Below, piece by piece: positions 26,902-36,983 of a DNA stretch of 64,000 bases. Position 1 is the stretch's first letter, and each line of letters begins with the position of its first letter. The notes below the pieces were generated by a model. The model was given only the letters and a program-made list of their open reading frames with translations, was not told the origin of the DNA and searched no databases. The DNA is from an uncultured virus (IMG/VR IMGVR_UViG_3300003815_000003) (taxonomy: Duplodnaviria > Heunggongvirae > Uroviricota > Caudoviricetes), in IMG/VR virus record IMGVR_UViG_3300003815_000003; one strand, 5' to 3'. The position numbers and the translations under genes were made by a program.

Positions 26902-29151
26902 ATGACGAATAACTCTAATATGGAAATACTTGTTAAAAAAAGGGACGGAAGAACAGAAAAATTTGATGCGGAGAAAGCTAATAGGATTATTAAATGGGCA
27001 TGTGAAGGAGTGCGAGATGTCGAAGAAGATACCATTGGTTTAGCATTTCATACTAATATCAAAAATGGTATTTCTACTAAACAAATTCATAGAGGCTTAA
27101 TCGAAGCAACTGTTTCTTTAATTACAGAGAATACTCCTAATTATGAAATTGTTGCTGCAAATCTTCTTAATTATGAATTGAGAAAACATGTATGGGGAGG
27201 AACAGAACCCCCTAACTTTCTGACATTTATTAAAAATAATGTTAAACATAAAAGATATACTGATGAAATTTTAGAATGGTTTTCTGAAAAAGAAATCAAC
27301 GATTTTGGAGAATATATTGATCATGATAGAGATTTTCTATTCAAATATTCAGGATTATCACAAGTTATTGACAAATATCTCGTTAAGAATGTAATTGATA
27401 AAACTGTATTCGAGACTCCTAATTTTGCTTATATGCTTATTGCAATGACTCTCTTTCATAAAGAGAAAGAGATGATTAAAGAAGCATATGATGCATTTTC
27501 GACACATAAAATTTCTCTGCCTACACCTGTTTTTGCAGGTGTTAGAACTAATTTAAAATCATTTGCAAGTTGTTGTCTGTTAGATGTAGGAGATAGTATT
27601 CCTGAGATTACAACTGCATTTGAAGTGATTGCGAAAGCCACGGCTAAAAGATATGGGATTGGCGTTAACATGACTAAAATGCGGCCCATTGGTGCTCCAA
27701 TTAAAGGAGGAGAGAATGCTCATACTGGTAAAGTAGGATTTCTTAGAATTATTCAAGATACTATCAAAGCATGGCTTCAAAGTTCAACCCGCTCAGGCGC
27801 AGCAACAGTGAATCTACCTATTTGGGATTATGAAATCGAAGAAATCGTTCAATTAAAAGACCCCATGCGTCCCCCTGAAAATCGGGTAGGAGACATTGAT
27901 TATTGTGTTGCATTCAGTAAAATATTCTATGATCGATATAAAAATAATGGAGTAATTACCTTATTTAACCCTCATGAGGTTCCCGAATTAGAACAAACGT
28001 ATGGTTTACCTGAATTCGATGAACTTTATATCCGAGCAGAGAATAATCCTAAAATTAAAATGAAAAAAACGGTAAAGGCTCGCGAGTTTTTCACTTTATT
28101 TAATAAGTTTCGTGTTGAAACTGGTAGATTATACATTCTTAATATTGATCATGCCAATACTCATAGCTCTTTCTTGGAAAGAGTAGGAATGGGAAATCTT
28201 TGCCTTGAGGTTACTCACCCGACAGTTCCCATGCAACACCTGAACGATCCAGAAGGATTGATGGGTATTTGTATTCTCTGTGCAGTCAATCCTATTAATA
28301 TTAAGACAGACGAAGAATTATATAATATTTGTAAGATTTCAGTTAAAATGTTAGATCATTTAATTGATTATCAAGATTATTTTTGTGAACCGGCTGAACG
28401 ATTTGCTACAAAATATCGCTCATTAGGAATAGGTATTACTAACTTTGCTGCATGGCTAGCTAAAAAAGGTTTGAAATATTCTTCGGAAGAAGCAAGAGAA
28501 GAATCCCATACCTTCTTTGAAAAGTTTCAATTCTTTTTATTGAAGGCATCTAACGAATTAGCAAAAGAAAAAGGTAAATGTGAATATTTTGATAAAACCA
28601 AATATTCCAAGGGTATTTTACCGATTGACACTTATGTAAAAGAAATCGATAATTTTATTCCTAATAATTTACAAATGGATTGGGAATGGTTGAGAAGAGG
28701 AATTAAAGAACACGGTTTACGACATTCCACCTTAACGGCATATATGCCGTGTGAGGCCAGTAGTTTATGTACTAATTCAACCAATGGTATTGAGCGTCCT
28801 CGTTCTAAATTTTTGGTCAAGAGTAACAAAAGCAAAGATTTCCCTATTATTATTCCTAATCATAAACGTTGGAATTATGAATATGCTTTTGAAAAATCTG
28901 ATAATACGGATCATCTTAAAATGATGGCGATTATTCAGAAATTCTGTGATATGTCCATTTCAACTAATCTTTATTATAATTATTCTTTATATCCAGATGG
29001 TAAAATACCTGCTATTACTATTTTGAAGGATATGGCAAATGCTCATAAATGGGGTATTAAGACGATTTATTATACTAATTCAGACGATGGCAACCAACAT
29101 AATCTTTCTGATGTGTCTAGTAGTTGCAGTAGTGGTGCTTGCGCAATTTAA
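26902..29151 (+). CDS. nrdA: ribonucleotide reductase class Ia alpha subunit
   Basis: ATP-cone VKKRDG, FASCCL, GNLCLE, ICILCAVN, MPCEASS, KTIYY, C-terminal CSSGACAI. Confidence 0.96.
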   Translation: MTNNSNMEILVKKRDGRTEKFDAEKANRIIKWACEGVRDVEEDTIGLAFHTNIKNGISTKQIHRGLIEATVSLITENTPNYEIVAANLLNYELRKHVWGGTEPPNFLTFIKNNVKHKRYTDEILEWFSEKEINDFGEYIDHDRDFLFKYSGLSQVIDKYLVKNVIDKTVFETPNFAYMLIAMTLFHKEKEMIKEAYDAFSTHKISLPTPVFAGVRTNLKSFASCCLLDVGDSIPEITTAFEVIAKATAKRYGIGVNMTKMRPIGAPIKGGENAHTGKVGFLRIIQDTIKAWLQSSTRSGAATVNLPIWDYEIEEIVQLKDPMRPPENRVGDIDYCVAFSKIFYDRYKNNGVITLFNPHEVPELEQTYGLPEFDELYIRAENNPKIKMKKTVKAREFFTLFNKFRVETGRLYILNIDHANTHSSFLERVGMGNLCLEVTHPTVPMQHLNDPEGLMGICILCAVNPINIKTDEELYNICKISVKMLDHLIDYQDYFCEPAERFATKYRSLGIGITNFAAWLAKKGLKYSSEEAREESHTFFEKFQFFLLKASNELAKEKGKCEYFDKTKYSKGILPIDTYVKEIDNFIPNNLQMDWEWLRRGIKEHGLRHSTLTAYMPCEASSLCTNSTNGIERPRSKFLVKSNKSKDFPIIIPNHKRWNYEYAFEKSDNTDHLKMMAIIQKFCDMSISTNLYYNYSLYPDGKIPAITILKDMANAHKWGIKTIYYTNSDDGNQHNLSDVSSSCSSGACAI

Positions 29152-29156
29152 TTCAT

Positions 29157-30239
29157 ATGACAACCATATTTAATTTTAAACCTCGTAAAAACAATATTCT
29201 TTTCTTAGGTGATCCTCTAGGAATTCAAAGATACGATAATCCAAAATATCCTATTTTTGCTGATCTTGCTCGCAAACAATTACAGTTCTTATGGATGCCA
29301 GAGCGAATTTCTTTAATTGAAGATAAAGCCAAGTATAGAGCATTATCTGAAACCGAAAGATTTATTTTTGATACTAACTTAAGAGTTCAAACTCTCATTG
29401 ATTCATTACTAATGAGAGGGTTAGATGTATTGAAGCAAAATGTAACTAATGAAGAATTAGAGAATTCATTATCAGTGCATTCAATGGTTGAAACATCTAT
29501 CCATAGTTTCTCTTATACTCATATCCTTAAATCTCTTATGGAAAAGAATATGACTCAATTCTTCGATTCTATTTTAGAAGATGAAAATATTACTAAACGT
29601 GCTCAAACTATTGTTGAGGCATATGATAAATTATTCGATCCCAATGCTGATGATATTAAAGAGATTATTTTGAATACTATTATTCAGAATTATATTACGG
29701 AAGGGGTACTATTCTATACCAGTTTTGTAACTAGTTTCTATTTCGGTTCAAAGTTTGGATTTAAGGCGGCAGATGTAGTTAAGGAAATTGCTCGTGATGA
29801 AAACTTACACGTAGCTAATTTTCAAAACATGTTCACTATTCTTAAGAAGAATGAGGATGAAGGTTTTTCGCATTTGATTAATTGTCCTGAATTTGAGAAA
29901 AAGGTATATGCGGCATTTACTCATGCAGTTCAATCCGAAAAAGAATGGTCGTCGTATATTTTTTCTAAGGGAGATATGATTGGATTGAATGCAGAAATTC
30001 TAGATGCATATATTGAATGGATTGCAAACAATCGACTTCAATCTATAGGATATAGAAAGATTTTTGAAACTAAGCGTAACCCTTTAGGATCATGGATCAA
30101 TCCTTATTTCGGAATTGATGGAGATGGTAACGAAGTTAAAACACAAGTTGCCCCCCAAGAATCAAATACCATTACTAGTTATAAACTTAACTCCATTAAT
30201 CATGAAATAAGTGATGCCGACTTGTCTGATATTTTTTAG
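29157..30239 (+). CDS. nrdB: ribonucleotide reductase class Ia beta subunit
   Basis: WMPE, QTLIDS, ETSIHSFSY (radical Tyr), EGVLFY, IARDENLH, QVAPQE; ATG 29157 preferred over TTG 29139. Confidence 0.95.
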   Translation: MTTIFNFKPRKNNILFLGDPLGIQRYDNPKYPIFADLARKQLQFLWMPERISLIEDKAKYRALSETERFIFDTNLRVQTLIDSLLMRGLDVLKQNVTNEELENSLSVHSMVETSIHSFSYTHILKSLMEKNMTQFFDSILEDENITKRAQTIVEAYDKLFDPNADDIKEIILNTIIQNYITEGVLFYTSFVTSFYFGSKFGFKAADVVKEIARDENLHVANFQNMFTILKKNEDEGFSHLINCPEFEKKVYAAFTHAVQSEKEWSSYIFSKGDMIGLNAEILDAYIEWIANNRLQSIGYRKIFETKRNPLGSWINPYFGIDGDGNEVKTQVAPQESNTITSYKLNSINHEISDADLSDIF

Positions 30240-30251
30240 TAAGTAATTATT

Positions 30252-30509
30252 ATGGCTATCTTCGATTCTCTTCTTGCTCTTATCCAATTAGGAATTCAAT
30301 ATCTTAAATTGAAGAATCAAACCGTTTTCTTTGATCTTTGTGATAGTTTTGAATCTCAATTAGATAAATTGTCAGCAAGAAGAGAATCCTTAAGAAAAGA
30401 AACTTCTTCGGAAGCACAACAAAAAGCAGATGATATTATGGACCAAATTTTAGAAATTCAAAAAAGAAAGAAACTCTTTCTAGCCGATTGGAAAAATAAT
30501 AAATTATGA
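30252..30509 (+). CDS. late protein with N-terminal hydrophobic helix and coiled coil (i-spanin candidate)
   Basis: LLALIQLGIQYL then charged helical region; TAAGTA box upstream. Confidence 0.4.
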   Translation: MAIFDSLLALIQLGIQYLKLKNQTVFFDLCDSFESQLDKLSARRESLRKETSSEAQQKADDIMDQILEIQKRKKLFLADWKNNKL

Positions 30510-30733
30510 ATAAAACTATTTTAACTCTTTTATTAATCTGGAATGTTTGTGTGTTTTCCTCTTGTGAAAACCATAAAGCAGTTCAAAATATTTATCAACC
30601 CAAAGTTCTAATTCTGAAACCTAATTCTATTATTGAAACCAAAGAAGGTGTTTATTCTTCTTCGGATAAAGAAGAAATTTGGTATAGCCGAGAATCAATT
30701 TCTAAGCTGGAAAAACAACTTTCTCAGTTTTAG
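30506..30733 (+). CDS. small lipoprotein (o-spanin candidate)
   Basis: MNKTILTLLLIWNVCVFSSC signal/lipobox-like; ATGA overlap. Confidence 0.45.
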   Translation: MNKTILTLLLIWNVCVFSSCENHKAVQNIYQPKVLILKPNSIIETKEGVYSSSDKEEIWYSRESISKLEKQLSQF

Positions 30734-30769
30734 GTTTGACAAAGGAGGGAAGATGGGTTAAGGTGACGC

Positions 30770-31126
30770 ATGCACCCCATCTTAATTATTCCCCTGATTC
30801 TTTTAATTGTTTGTATTTTTGCTGCCTATTATTATAATATGGTAGATCGTAACGAATCGGTAGGTGGTATATTTTTAATCATAGTGCTAAGTATGATAGC
30901 AGTAACAAATAACTATATTATTAAACAGTGGCCTGTTGAATATACTACGGAATCAATTACTTCTAAAATTTTTGTTCATACAAAATATGGTGAATTTGAG
31001 TCGGATAAGAAAATTGATTATGATAATTGGTCGAAGAATCTCCCTGGTTACATTATTCAAAATTGTAATGCATTTGGTAAGGTAAACAACTCTTATTTCA
31101 CCACTGAACCTGTTGTTGAAAAATGA
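30770..31126 (+). CDS. membrane protein
   Basis: Two hydrophobic helices; leaderless promoter TTGACA(30736)-N17-TAAGGT. Confidence 0.65.
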   Translation: MHPILIIPLILLIVCIFAAYYYNMVDRNESVGGIFLIIVLSMIAVTNNYIIKQWPVEYTTESITSKIFVHTKYGEFESDKKIDYDNWSKNLPGYIIQNCNAFGKVNNSYFTTEPVVEK

Positions 31127-31473
31127 TTCGATCATATCACTCTCCTGAACGTATTAAAAAGATTTGTCGCCAATTAATACTTCAAAAAGTTTATTCTGAA
31201 TACGGAACAATGATTTCGTGGTATAACCATCCTGATAGAATCAAAAATATTTTTGTTCATTTTAATGATGATGGCACTATTTCCGGTGCATTTGTGATTC
31301 TTCATAAAAGAGATATTTTCGAAGGTTATAATTGTGGAACATTTGTTAAACCTGATTTTCGAAGAGCCGGAATTGGACGGAAATTAATCGAAAGAGCCAA
31401 GCAATTAAACCTTGACATTTATCCTTGGAAGGGCAATTATACTGCCAGAAGTTTTTATCAAAAAGTAATTTAA
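31123..31473 (+). CDS. GNAT acetyltransferase
   Basis: FVKPDFRRAGIGRKLI acetyl-CoA motif A; ARSFYQK. Confidence 0.85.
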   Translation: MIRSYHSPERIKKICRQLILQKVYSEYGTMISWYNHPDRIKNIFVHFNDDGTISGAFVILHKRDIFEGYNCGTFVKPDFRRAGIGRKLIERAKQLNLDIYPWKGNYTARSFYQKVI

Positions 31474-31476
31474 TTT

Positions 31477-32190
31477 ATGAATAAATTTATCATTTCCTTG
31501 GATTATAACCAAGATCGTCCCTATTATATTCAATTCAATTTTGAATCAAAAACGTGGAACGAAATTTACAATCCTTTCGCTGCCACTCTCTTTAAAACTG
31601 AACAAGAAGCCTTAGAAACTATTAAGAAATATGCTGATGTTTCGGATTATGTGAAAATTGTTGTATCACAAGATGCATTTGATGATTGGCAAGAATGGGT
31701 TCTTACTGGCGGAGTTCGCCGGACTTTTACTTTTACAGAAGATAATATCTATAATTCGACTAAACACTCTAAGCAAGACGTTCTTGATTTTTGGCTCACC
31801 CGACATTTGACCAATGTTAAGTATGATCATTATAAAACTTGGCCGCAATTATGGCAAACCTTTAAACACTTACATGGTGTTGGAAGGTATCAAGGAAACG
31901 GAAATGATAAATCTTTTTATATTTCTATGGAAATGAAGGTTCGTAGCAATTCTAATATTAATGCATTTAAAACCGAATTAGATTTGGTTAAAGACCGTTG
32001 TGATTGGGAAGAGGATGGCTACAAGAAGTTTTATATATTTGATCATGAATTAAGTGAATTTACTAATTATTATTTTCTGTATAAGAATGATGATGATTGT
32101 AAAATTATTACTACTTTTTCTACTAAATGTGAAGGAAATCTAGAAAAAGTCTTTGACTATTGGAAGAAAGAGCGTTATTATGAAGTGTAA
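31477..32190 (+). CDS. hypothetical protein
   Basis: 237-aa ORF. Confidence 0.7.
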   Translation: MNKFIISLDYNQDRPYYIQFNFESKTWNEIYNPFAATLFKTEQEALETIKKYADVSDYVKIVVSQDAFDDWQEWVLTGGVRRTFTFTEDNIYNSTKHSKQDVLDFWLTRHLTNVKYDHYKTWPQLWQTFKHLHGVGRYQGNGNDKSFYISMEMKVRSNSNINAFKTELDLVKDRCDWEEDGYKKFYIFDHELSEFTNYYFLYKNDDDCKIITTFSTKCEGNLEKVFDYWKKERYYEV

Positions 32191-32214
32191 TTTAACCATA
32201 GAATAATCAATAAA

Positions 32215-32553
32215 ATGTACTCCAAAGGCGATAAGCTCTGTTGTTTGGATGATAAATTTCATCCAGAAATTTCTTACTTGTATAAGAATCTTCCTGTTAA
32301 AAATCAAGTATACGTTTGTAGGGATTGTACTCTAGGTACAACTAATGTAGGAGCGGCAGATCAAAATCCCACCTTCCTTGTTTTATTGGAAGAATTGATT
32401 AACGACATTGATCCTCATACAGTAATGTCTTCTTGTCCGCAAGAACTAGGTTTTCGTTCAGATAGATTTGCTCCTGTTGAAGAAATTTCCGAAGAAGAGG
32501 AAGATGCTGTTTTAATTGGAGTAGGAACAGAAAATAAACCTCATTGGTTATAA
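32215..32553 (+). CDS. hypothetical protein
   Basis: ORF in operon. Confidence 0.65.
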   Translation: MYSKGDKLCCLDDKFHPEISYLYKNLPVKNQVYVCRDCTLGTTNVGAADQNPTFLVLLEELINDIDPHTVMSSCPQELGFRSDRFAPVEEISEEEEDAVLIGVGTENKPHWL

Positions 32554-32554
32554 T

Positions 32555-32932
32555 ATGAACGATTACAATACTATTCCTTATGATCCTGATATTTTACATC
32601 GTTTAAGACATCATGATAAAGTTCCGGCTGCTATCAGAGAATTAGATAATATCTCTAATATTATTCGGCAAAACATGAGTCAAGCAGCAGACGAAATCGA
32701 AAATTTGCGAAAAGAAAACGCAGATTTAGCAAAAGAACATAACTATTATGTTGCTGCATTGGGACGAGGCGCAAAAACAAATGATATTTGGCCTTTCTAC
32801 CAAAAAGAACAAATTCGTAATAACGAGATCAAGGAATCTCTACGAAAAGCTATTCTAGCACAAGTTAAAGCAGAATTTCCCGATAATAAAGAGCTTATTG
32901 CTTTTTGGGATGTTGACAACGATCAAAAATAA
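32555..32932 (+). CDS. hypothetical protein
   Basis: ORF in operon. Confidence 0.6.
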   Translation: MNDYNTIPYDPDILHRLRHHDKVPAAIRELDNISNIIRQNMSQAADEIENLRKENADLAKEHNYYVAALGRGAKTNDIWPFYQKEQIRNNEIKESLRKAILAQVKAEFPDNKELIAFWDVDNDQK

Positions 32933-32951
32933 CGTATAATAAGACCACCAT

Positions 32952-33863
32952 ATGCTAAAAGAACTAAATAAAACTGAGTCGGGAGCCGTGATTTGCAGAT
33001 TTCAATGTCATGTGCTTCATGCTGCACATATCGACCTAATCAACACTGTCTTGGCTAAACATAGTCGAGTATTTGTTTTTCTAGGTTGTTCTCCTCTTCG
33101 TAATACTCCTAGAGCACCTTTAGATTTCAAACATAGAAAGGCTATGTTGGAAGAACAATTTGGTGATAAGCTAGAAATTCATCCTATCCATGATAATCGT
33201 AGTGATGAAGTTTGGAGTAAAAATCTAGATCGAGAAATTATTCGTCTTCTTCCTCCTGGGCAAAGTACTACTCTTTATGGTTCCCGTGATTCATTCATTG
33301 GACATTATAAAGGTAAATTTCCCACTTGTGAACTTGAATCCGAATCCTTTATTTCTGCTTCACAAGTAAGAAAAGAAATTATTACTAATTATCCTTCTTC
33401 TAAAGATTTTCGAGCAGGAATGATTGCAGCAACGGGGCAACATTATCCAACAGCATATCAAACCGTAGATGTTGCCGTAGTTAATGAAACAAATGATAAA
33501 GTTCTATTGGTTAAGAAACCGGGAGAAGATAAATGGCGTTTCATTGGAGGTTTCAGTGATCCATCGTCTAATTCTCTTGAAGATGATGCAAAACGTGAAG
33601 TAATGGAAGAAACAGGAGTGGAAATTTCTGAACCGGTTTATCTAGGTAGTTCCTTAATTAAAGATTGGAGGTACCGTAGTTGTACAAATAAGATAAAAAC
33701 CGCATTATTCATGGCAACATATAAATCAGGAACACCAGAAGGAGCAGATGATGTAGAAGCTGCAAAATGGTTTAATTTAAATGATTTAAACGAAAGTAAT
33801 GTTGTGGAAGAACATCATGTTCTCCTTAACTTATTCTTTAAAAAGGTTAAGGTGAAGGCGTAA
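32952..33863 (+). CDS. bifunctional NMN adenylyltransferase / Nudix (ADP-ribose) hydrolase (NadM-Nudix)
   Basis: RFQ..LHAAH (HxxH), ISASQVR, then TVDVAV and Nudix box GG..D....LEDDAKREVMEETG, GADD. Confidence 0.9.
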   Translation: MLKELNKTESGAVICRFQCHVLHAAHIDLINTVLAKHSRVFVFLGCSPLRNTPRAPLDFKHRKAMLEEQFGDKLEIHPIHDNRSDEVWSKNLDREIIRLLPPGQSTTLYGSRDSFIGHYKGKFPTCELESESFISASQVRKEIITNYPSSKDFRAGMIAATGQHYPTAYQTVDVAVVNETNDKVLLVKKPGEDKWRFIGGFSDPSSNSLEDDAKREVMEETGVEISEPVYLGSSLIKDWRYRSCTNKIKTALFMATYKSGTPEGADDVEAAKWFNLNDLNESNVVEEHHVLLNLFFKKVKVKA

Positions 33864-33894
33864 CCAATCAATAACATATATAGAAAATAATATA

Positions 33895-35286
33895 ATGAAA
33901 AAAGGTAATTTAATTCTGGCATGTGATTTATATAAAGTAGTTCATTGGCGACAAGTTCCAAAAAAAATTTCTTATATGCACTCTTATATTGAGGCAAGAG
34001 GAACAGAACTACCTAATGTAAATTATGTTCGTCCTTTTGGCATTCAGGGATTTATTAAAGATTATTTAGAAGGTGTTGTTATTGAACAATGGATGATTGA
34101 CGAAGCAAAGGAAATTCTAGGGGAAGTATTTCAAACTCATGAATACTTCAATGAAAAAGGATTTAGCGAAATTATTCGTCAATATAATGGGCGTTTACCT
34201 ATTACCATTAAAGCCGTAGAAGAAGGTAAGAAAGTAGGATTGAAAAATGTACTGGTTACGGTAGAAGCATGGGGCGAGTTTGCATGGTTAGCCACATGGA
34301 TTGAAACTATGCTGCTTAGGGCAGTTTGGTACGGCACTGCGGTATGTACTTTTAGTAGTGCATTGAAAGATATTGAACGTAAATATGCAAATCTCTGTGG
34401 ATGTCCCATGAATCCATTCTTTATTTGTGACTTCGGTGGTCGCTCAGTTTCTAGCCACGAATCGGCAGGTATTGGTGGAGCAGCACATTTAGTTAATTAT
34501 CTAGGCTCTGATACTGTTGAAGGTATTGTTTGGGCAAAACGTAATTACGGTCCTACTGCGACAGGTTATAGTGTGTACGCTTCGGAACACTCAACTAGTA
34601 CTATTTACGGTAGGGAACATGAAATTGATGCATATCGTCATTTCTTAAATGACGCACCAATGGATAAGATTGTCTCTATTGTAACTGATTCTTATAGCCA
34701 TGAAAATGCTGTTCGTAATATTCTTGGAAAAGAATTGAAAGAAGTTATTTTAGCAGGACATGCTAAAACTGTTATTCGTGGAGATTCTGGTGATCCACTT
34801 GATGTATCGCTTAAAACTTTGCAATGGTTGTGGGAAGATTTTTCGGGCGAAATCAATCCTCGTGGATTTAAAGTTCTTAATCCTAAAGTGCAATTACTTT
34901 GGGGTGACGGAGTAGATATAAACTCTTACGATGCTATTTTAAATTACATTACTTCTAATGGTTTTAGTTCTGAAAATATGTTTTTTGGAATGGGTGGTGA
35001 GCTTTTACAGAAAGCAAATCGTGATCGTTTTAAATTCGCTTGCAAACTATCTCATGCTATTGTAGATGGTGTTCCAACGGACATCTTTAAAGACCCTGAA
35101 GGCGATCATTCTAAACGTTCTAAAGCAGGTATCCTTAAACTTATTTATGAAAATGGACAATATCAAACAGTTCAAGCTCATGAACGACCTGACCTTAAAG
35201 ATGAATTAGAAGTAGTCTTTAAAGATGGTTATCTAATGAAAGAACTTACCTTTGAACAAATTCGCCAAAATGCAGCCAATACTTAA
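33895..35286 (+). CDS. nadV: nicotinamide phosphoribosyltransferase
   Basis: DLYKVVH, DFGGRSVSS.ESAGIGGAAHLVN, GSDT, ASEHST, SIVTDSY, IRGDSGDP, GDG, FGMGG. Confidence 0.93.
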   Translation: MKKGNLILACDLYKVVHWRQVPKKISYMHSYIEARGTELPNVNYVRPFGIQGFIKDYLEGVVIEQWMIDEAKEILGEVFQTHEYFNEKGFSEIIRQYNGRLPITIKAVEEGKKVGLKNVLVTVEAWGEFAWLATWIETMLLRAVWYGTAVCTFSSALKDIERKYANLCGCPMNPFFICDFGGRSVSSHESAGIGGAAHLVNYLGSDTVEGIVWAKRNYGPTATGYSVYASEHSTSTIYGREHEIDAYRHFLNDAPMDKIVSIVTDSYSHENAVRNILGKELKEVILAGHAKTVIRGDSGDPLDVSLKTLQWLWEDFSGEINPRGFKVLNPKVQLLWGDGVDINSYDAILNYITSNGFSSENMFFGMGGELLQKANRDRFKFACKLSHAIVDGVPTDIFKDPEGDHSKRSKAGILKLIYENGQYQTVQAHERPDLKDELEVVFKDGYLMKELTFEQIRQNAANT

Positions 35287-35297
35287 TTAATAAAATT

Positions 35298-35666
35298 ATG
35301 AAAGACTTATCTTATCGGGAACGCTTTTTCCTGGTGCTTTCTTTCGTTGCATTAATCGGAGGATTCTACCAACTTGCTTCTCCTGAAAAGGACTCAACTA
35401 GTTATAATATTCCTGTTAATTCAGAAGTATGGAAATTACAAGTCGGTAATGAGTTACCGGATTTGTCGAAGTTCAATGATAAAAATCCGATTACTTTGGA
35501 ACAATTCTTAGCTATTGTTAAGAGTTTACCAGAAGGAGCATTTAAGAGTAATTTGCTTTTTATTGTTGCAGCAGATTATAATGGTGATAGTATCAAGTTG
35601 AACGAAATTCTTCAAGCCTATGGTAAGTTGTTACAGGCCCAATTGAAATCTAAAAATACTTTATAA
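35298..35666 (+). CDS. protein with N-terminal transmembrane helix
   Basis: FFLVLSFVALIGGFY. Confidence 0.6.
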   Translation: MKDLSYRERFFLVLSFVALIGGFYQLASPEKDSTSYNIPVNSEVWKLQVGNELPDLSKFNDKNPITLEQFLAIVKSLPEGAFKSNLLFIVAADYNGDSIKLNEILQAYGKLLQAQLKSKNTL

Positions 35667-35957
35667 TATGAAACTAACTGAACAAGAAGCAACCGAGTTT
35701 TGGATGGATATTATCGGATATGGTGATATATGTTCAGAATTAGGAGGAGAAGGAAATTCTGGCGAGTTTCACAGTCCAAGAGAATATAATAGACTAGTTA
35801 AAGAACTTAAACAGAAACAAGAACAATTAAGTAAAACGTTTGCCGTTCAAACGGGATGGCTACCAGTTTTTGTAGAAGGAACTAGGAAAAATAACTATAC
35901 CGATATTTGGAAATTTACCCCTTATGAAACTAACTGAACAAGAAGCAACAGAGTTTT
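35667..35957 (+). repeat. 35-nt direct repeat at the starts of two adjacent genes (35667-35701, 35923-35957)
   Basis: TATGAAACTAACTGAACAAGAAGCAAC(C/A)GAGTTTT, one mismatch. Confidence 0.85.
35668..35937 (+). CDS. hypothetical protein (MKLTEQEATEF paralog 1)
   Basis: N-terminus duplicated in next gene. Confidence 0.6.
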   Translation: MKLTEQEATEFWMDIIGYGDICSELGGEGNSGEFHSPREYNRLVKELKQKQEQLSKTFAVQTGWLPVFVEGTRKNNYTDIWKFTPYETN

Positions 35958-36151
35958 CTCAAGCATTTCGGAAATATATTAGTCAGCGAGATAAAGCCAT
36001 TGATTTAATGGATTGTCTTACCCATAATAAACAGATTAGGTCAAAAGCTGAAATAGATTATTGGCGAAACGAAAAAGAATTTTACGATACCTTTGAATGT
36101 TTTACAGGACACAAACCTTCATTTATTGACCCTTATGAACCGTCAAATTGA
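35924..36151 (+). CDS. hypothetical protein (MKLTEQEATEF paralog 2)
   Basis: N-terminus identical to previous gene. Confidence 0.6.
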   Translation: MKLTEQEATEFSQAFRKYISQRDKAIDLMDCLTHNKQIRSKAEIDYWRNEKEFYDTFECFTGHKPSFIDPYEPSN

Positions 36152-36473
36152 ATTCCGTGTTTGGGATAAACTCCTAAACAAAATGATGAAGGATCAACCT
36201 TATATTTCTTTTGATAATCCTGAATATATTTTCTCTCAATTTACAGGGTTATTTGATTCTCAAGGAAATAAGATTTTTGAAGGAGACATTTTGGAAATGC
36301 GAGGCACTAAAAGTCAATATACTGTTTACTTTGATAAATTTTCAGCAGGATTTAAACTTACCGGAACTTATGGTAAACATGTTGCCCGATTCACTCTAAA
36401 CGACCATGTTCATGCAAAAGATTTAACTGTAGTAGGAAATATTTTTGAAAATCCTGAAGTATTAATAAAATGA
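36135..36473 (+). CDS. YopX-family protein
   Basis: IEFRVWD, QFTGL.D..G..IFEGDI, VVGNIFENPE. Confidence 0.88.
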   Translation: MNRQIEFRVWDKLLNKMMKDQPYISFDNPEYIFSQFTGLFDSQGNKIFEGDILEMRGTKSQYTVYFDKFSAGFKLTGTYGKHVARFTLNDHVHAKDLTVVGNIFENPEVLIK

Positions 36474-36949
36474 AACAATTGAAATTTCGTGTTTGGCTTC
36501 CTGATTATCAACAAATGATTTATCCTCATTTGGATGATTTTATTCGAGATAAAGAAGGAATGGTTATTGGTAAATTAAACATTGGACTAAAATATAATTT
36601 TGGTTTGGAATTTGATATGATTAAAGCAATTCCTCCTTTTTATAAAGATCAAATGGGAGAAATTGATGAAGAATCATATGAGGTTAATCATGTAATTCAA
36701 CAATTTACCGGACTAAAAGATGTAAGTTTCCAAGAAATATATGAAGGAGATTTAATTGATGGTAAATTTTGGATTAATGATTTAAACGAAAAAATTAAAA
36801 GTGGATTTACTGAAATCACCTCTAGAGAAGTATTTTTAACAAGTGGTGAATTTCGGTGTAAGCCCACAGAAAGACTATCACAAATTTATAAACCAAAAAT
36901 TGTCGGAAATATCTTTGCAAATCTTCAATTAATTTCCCCCAAAACTTGA
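36470..36949 (+). CDS. YopX-family protein
   Basis: LKFRVW, QFTGLKD...EIYEGD, IVGNIF. Confidence 0.85.
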   Translation: MKQLKFRVWLPDYQQMIYPHLDDFIRDKEGMVIGKLNIGLKYNFGLEFDMIKAIPPFYKDQMGEIDEESYEVNHVIQQFTGLKDVSFQEIYEGDLIDGKFWINDLNEKIKSGFTEITSREVFLTSGEFRCKPTERLSQIYKPKIVGNIFANLQLISPKT

Positions 36950-36983
36950 TTCGCTCTGACCAACATGTTATCTTACTATCCTT

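Noticed and set aside
26902..30239. Inteins or introns in nrdA/nrdB
   Set aside because: Both ORFs are continuous and of normal length with motifs in expected spacing
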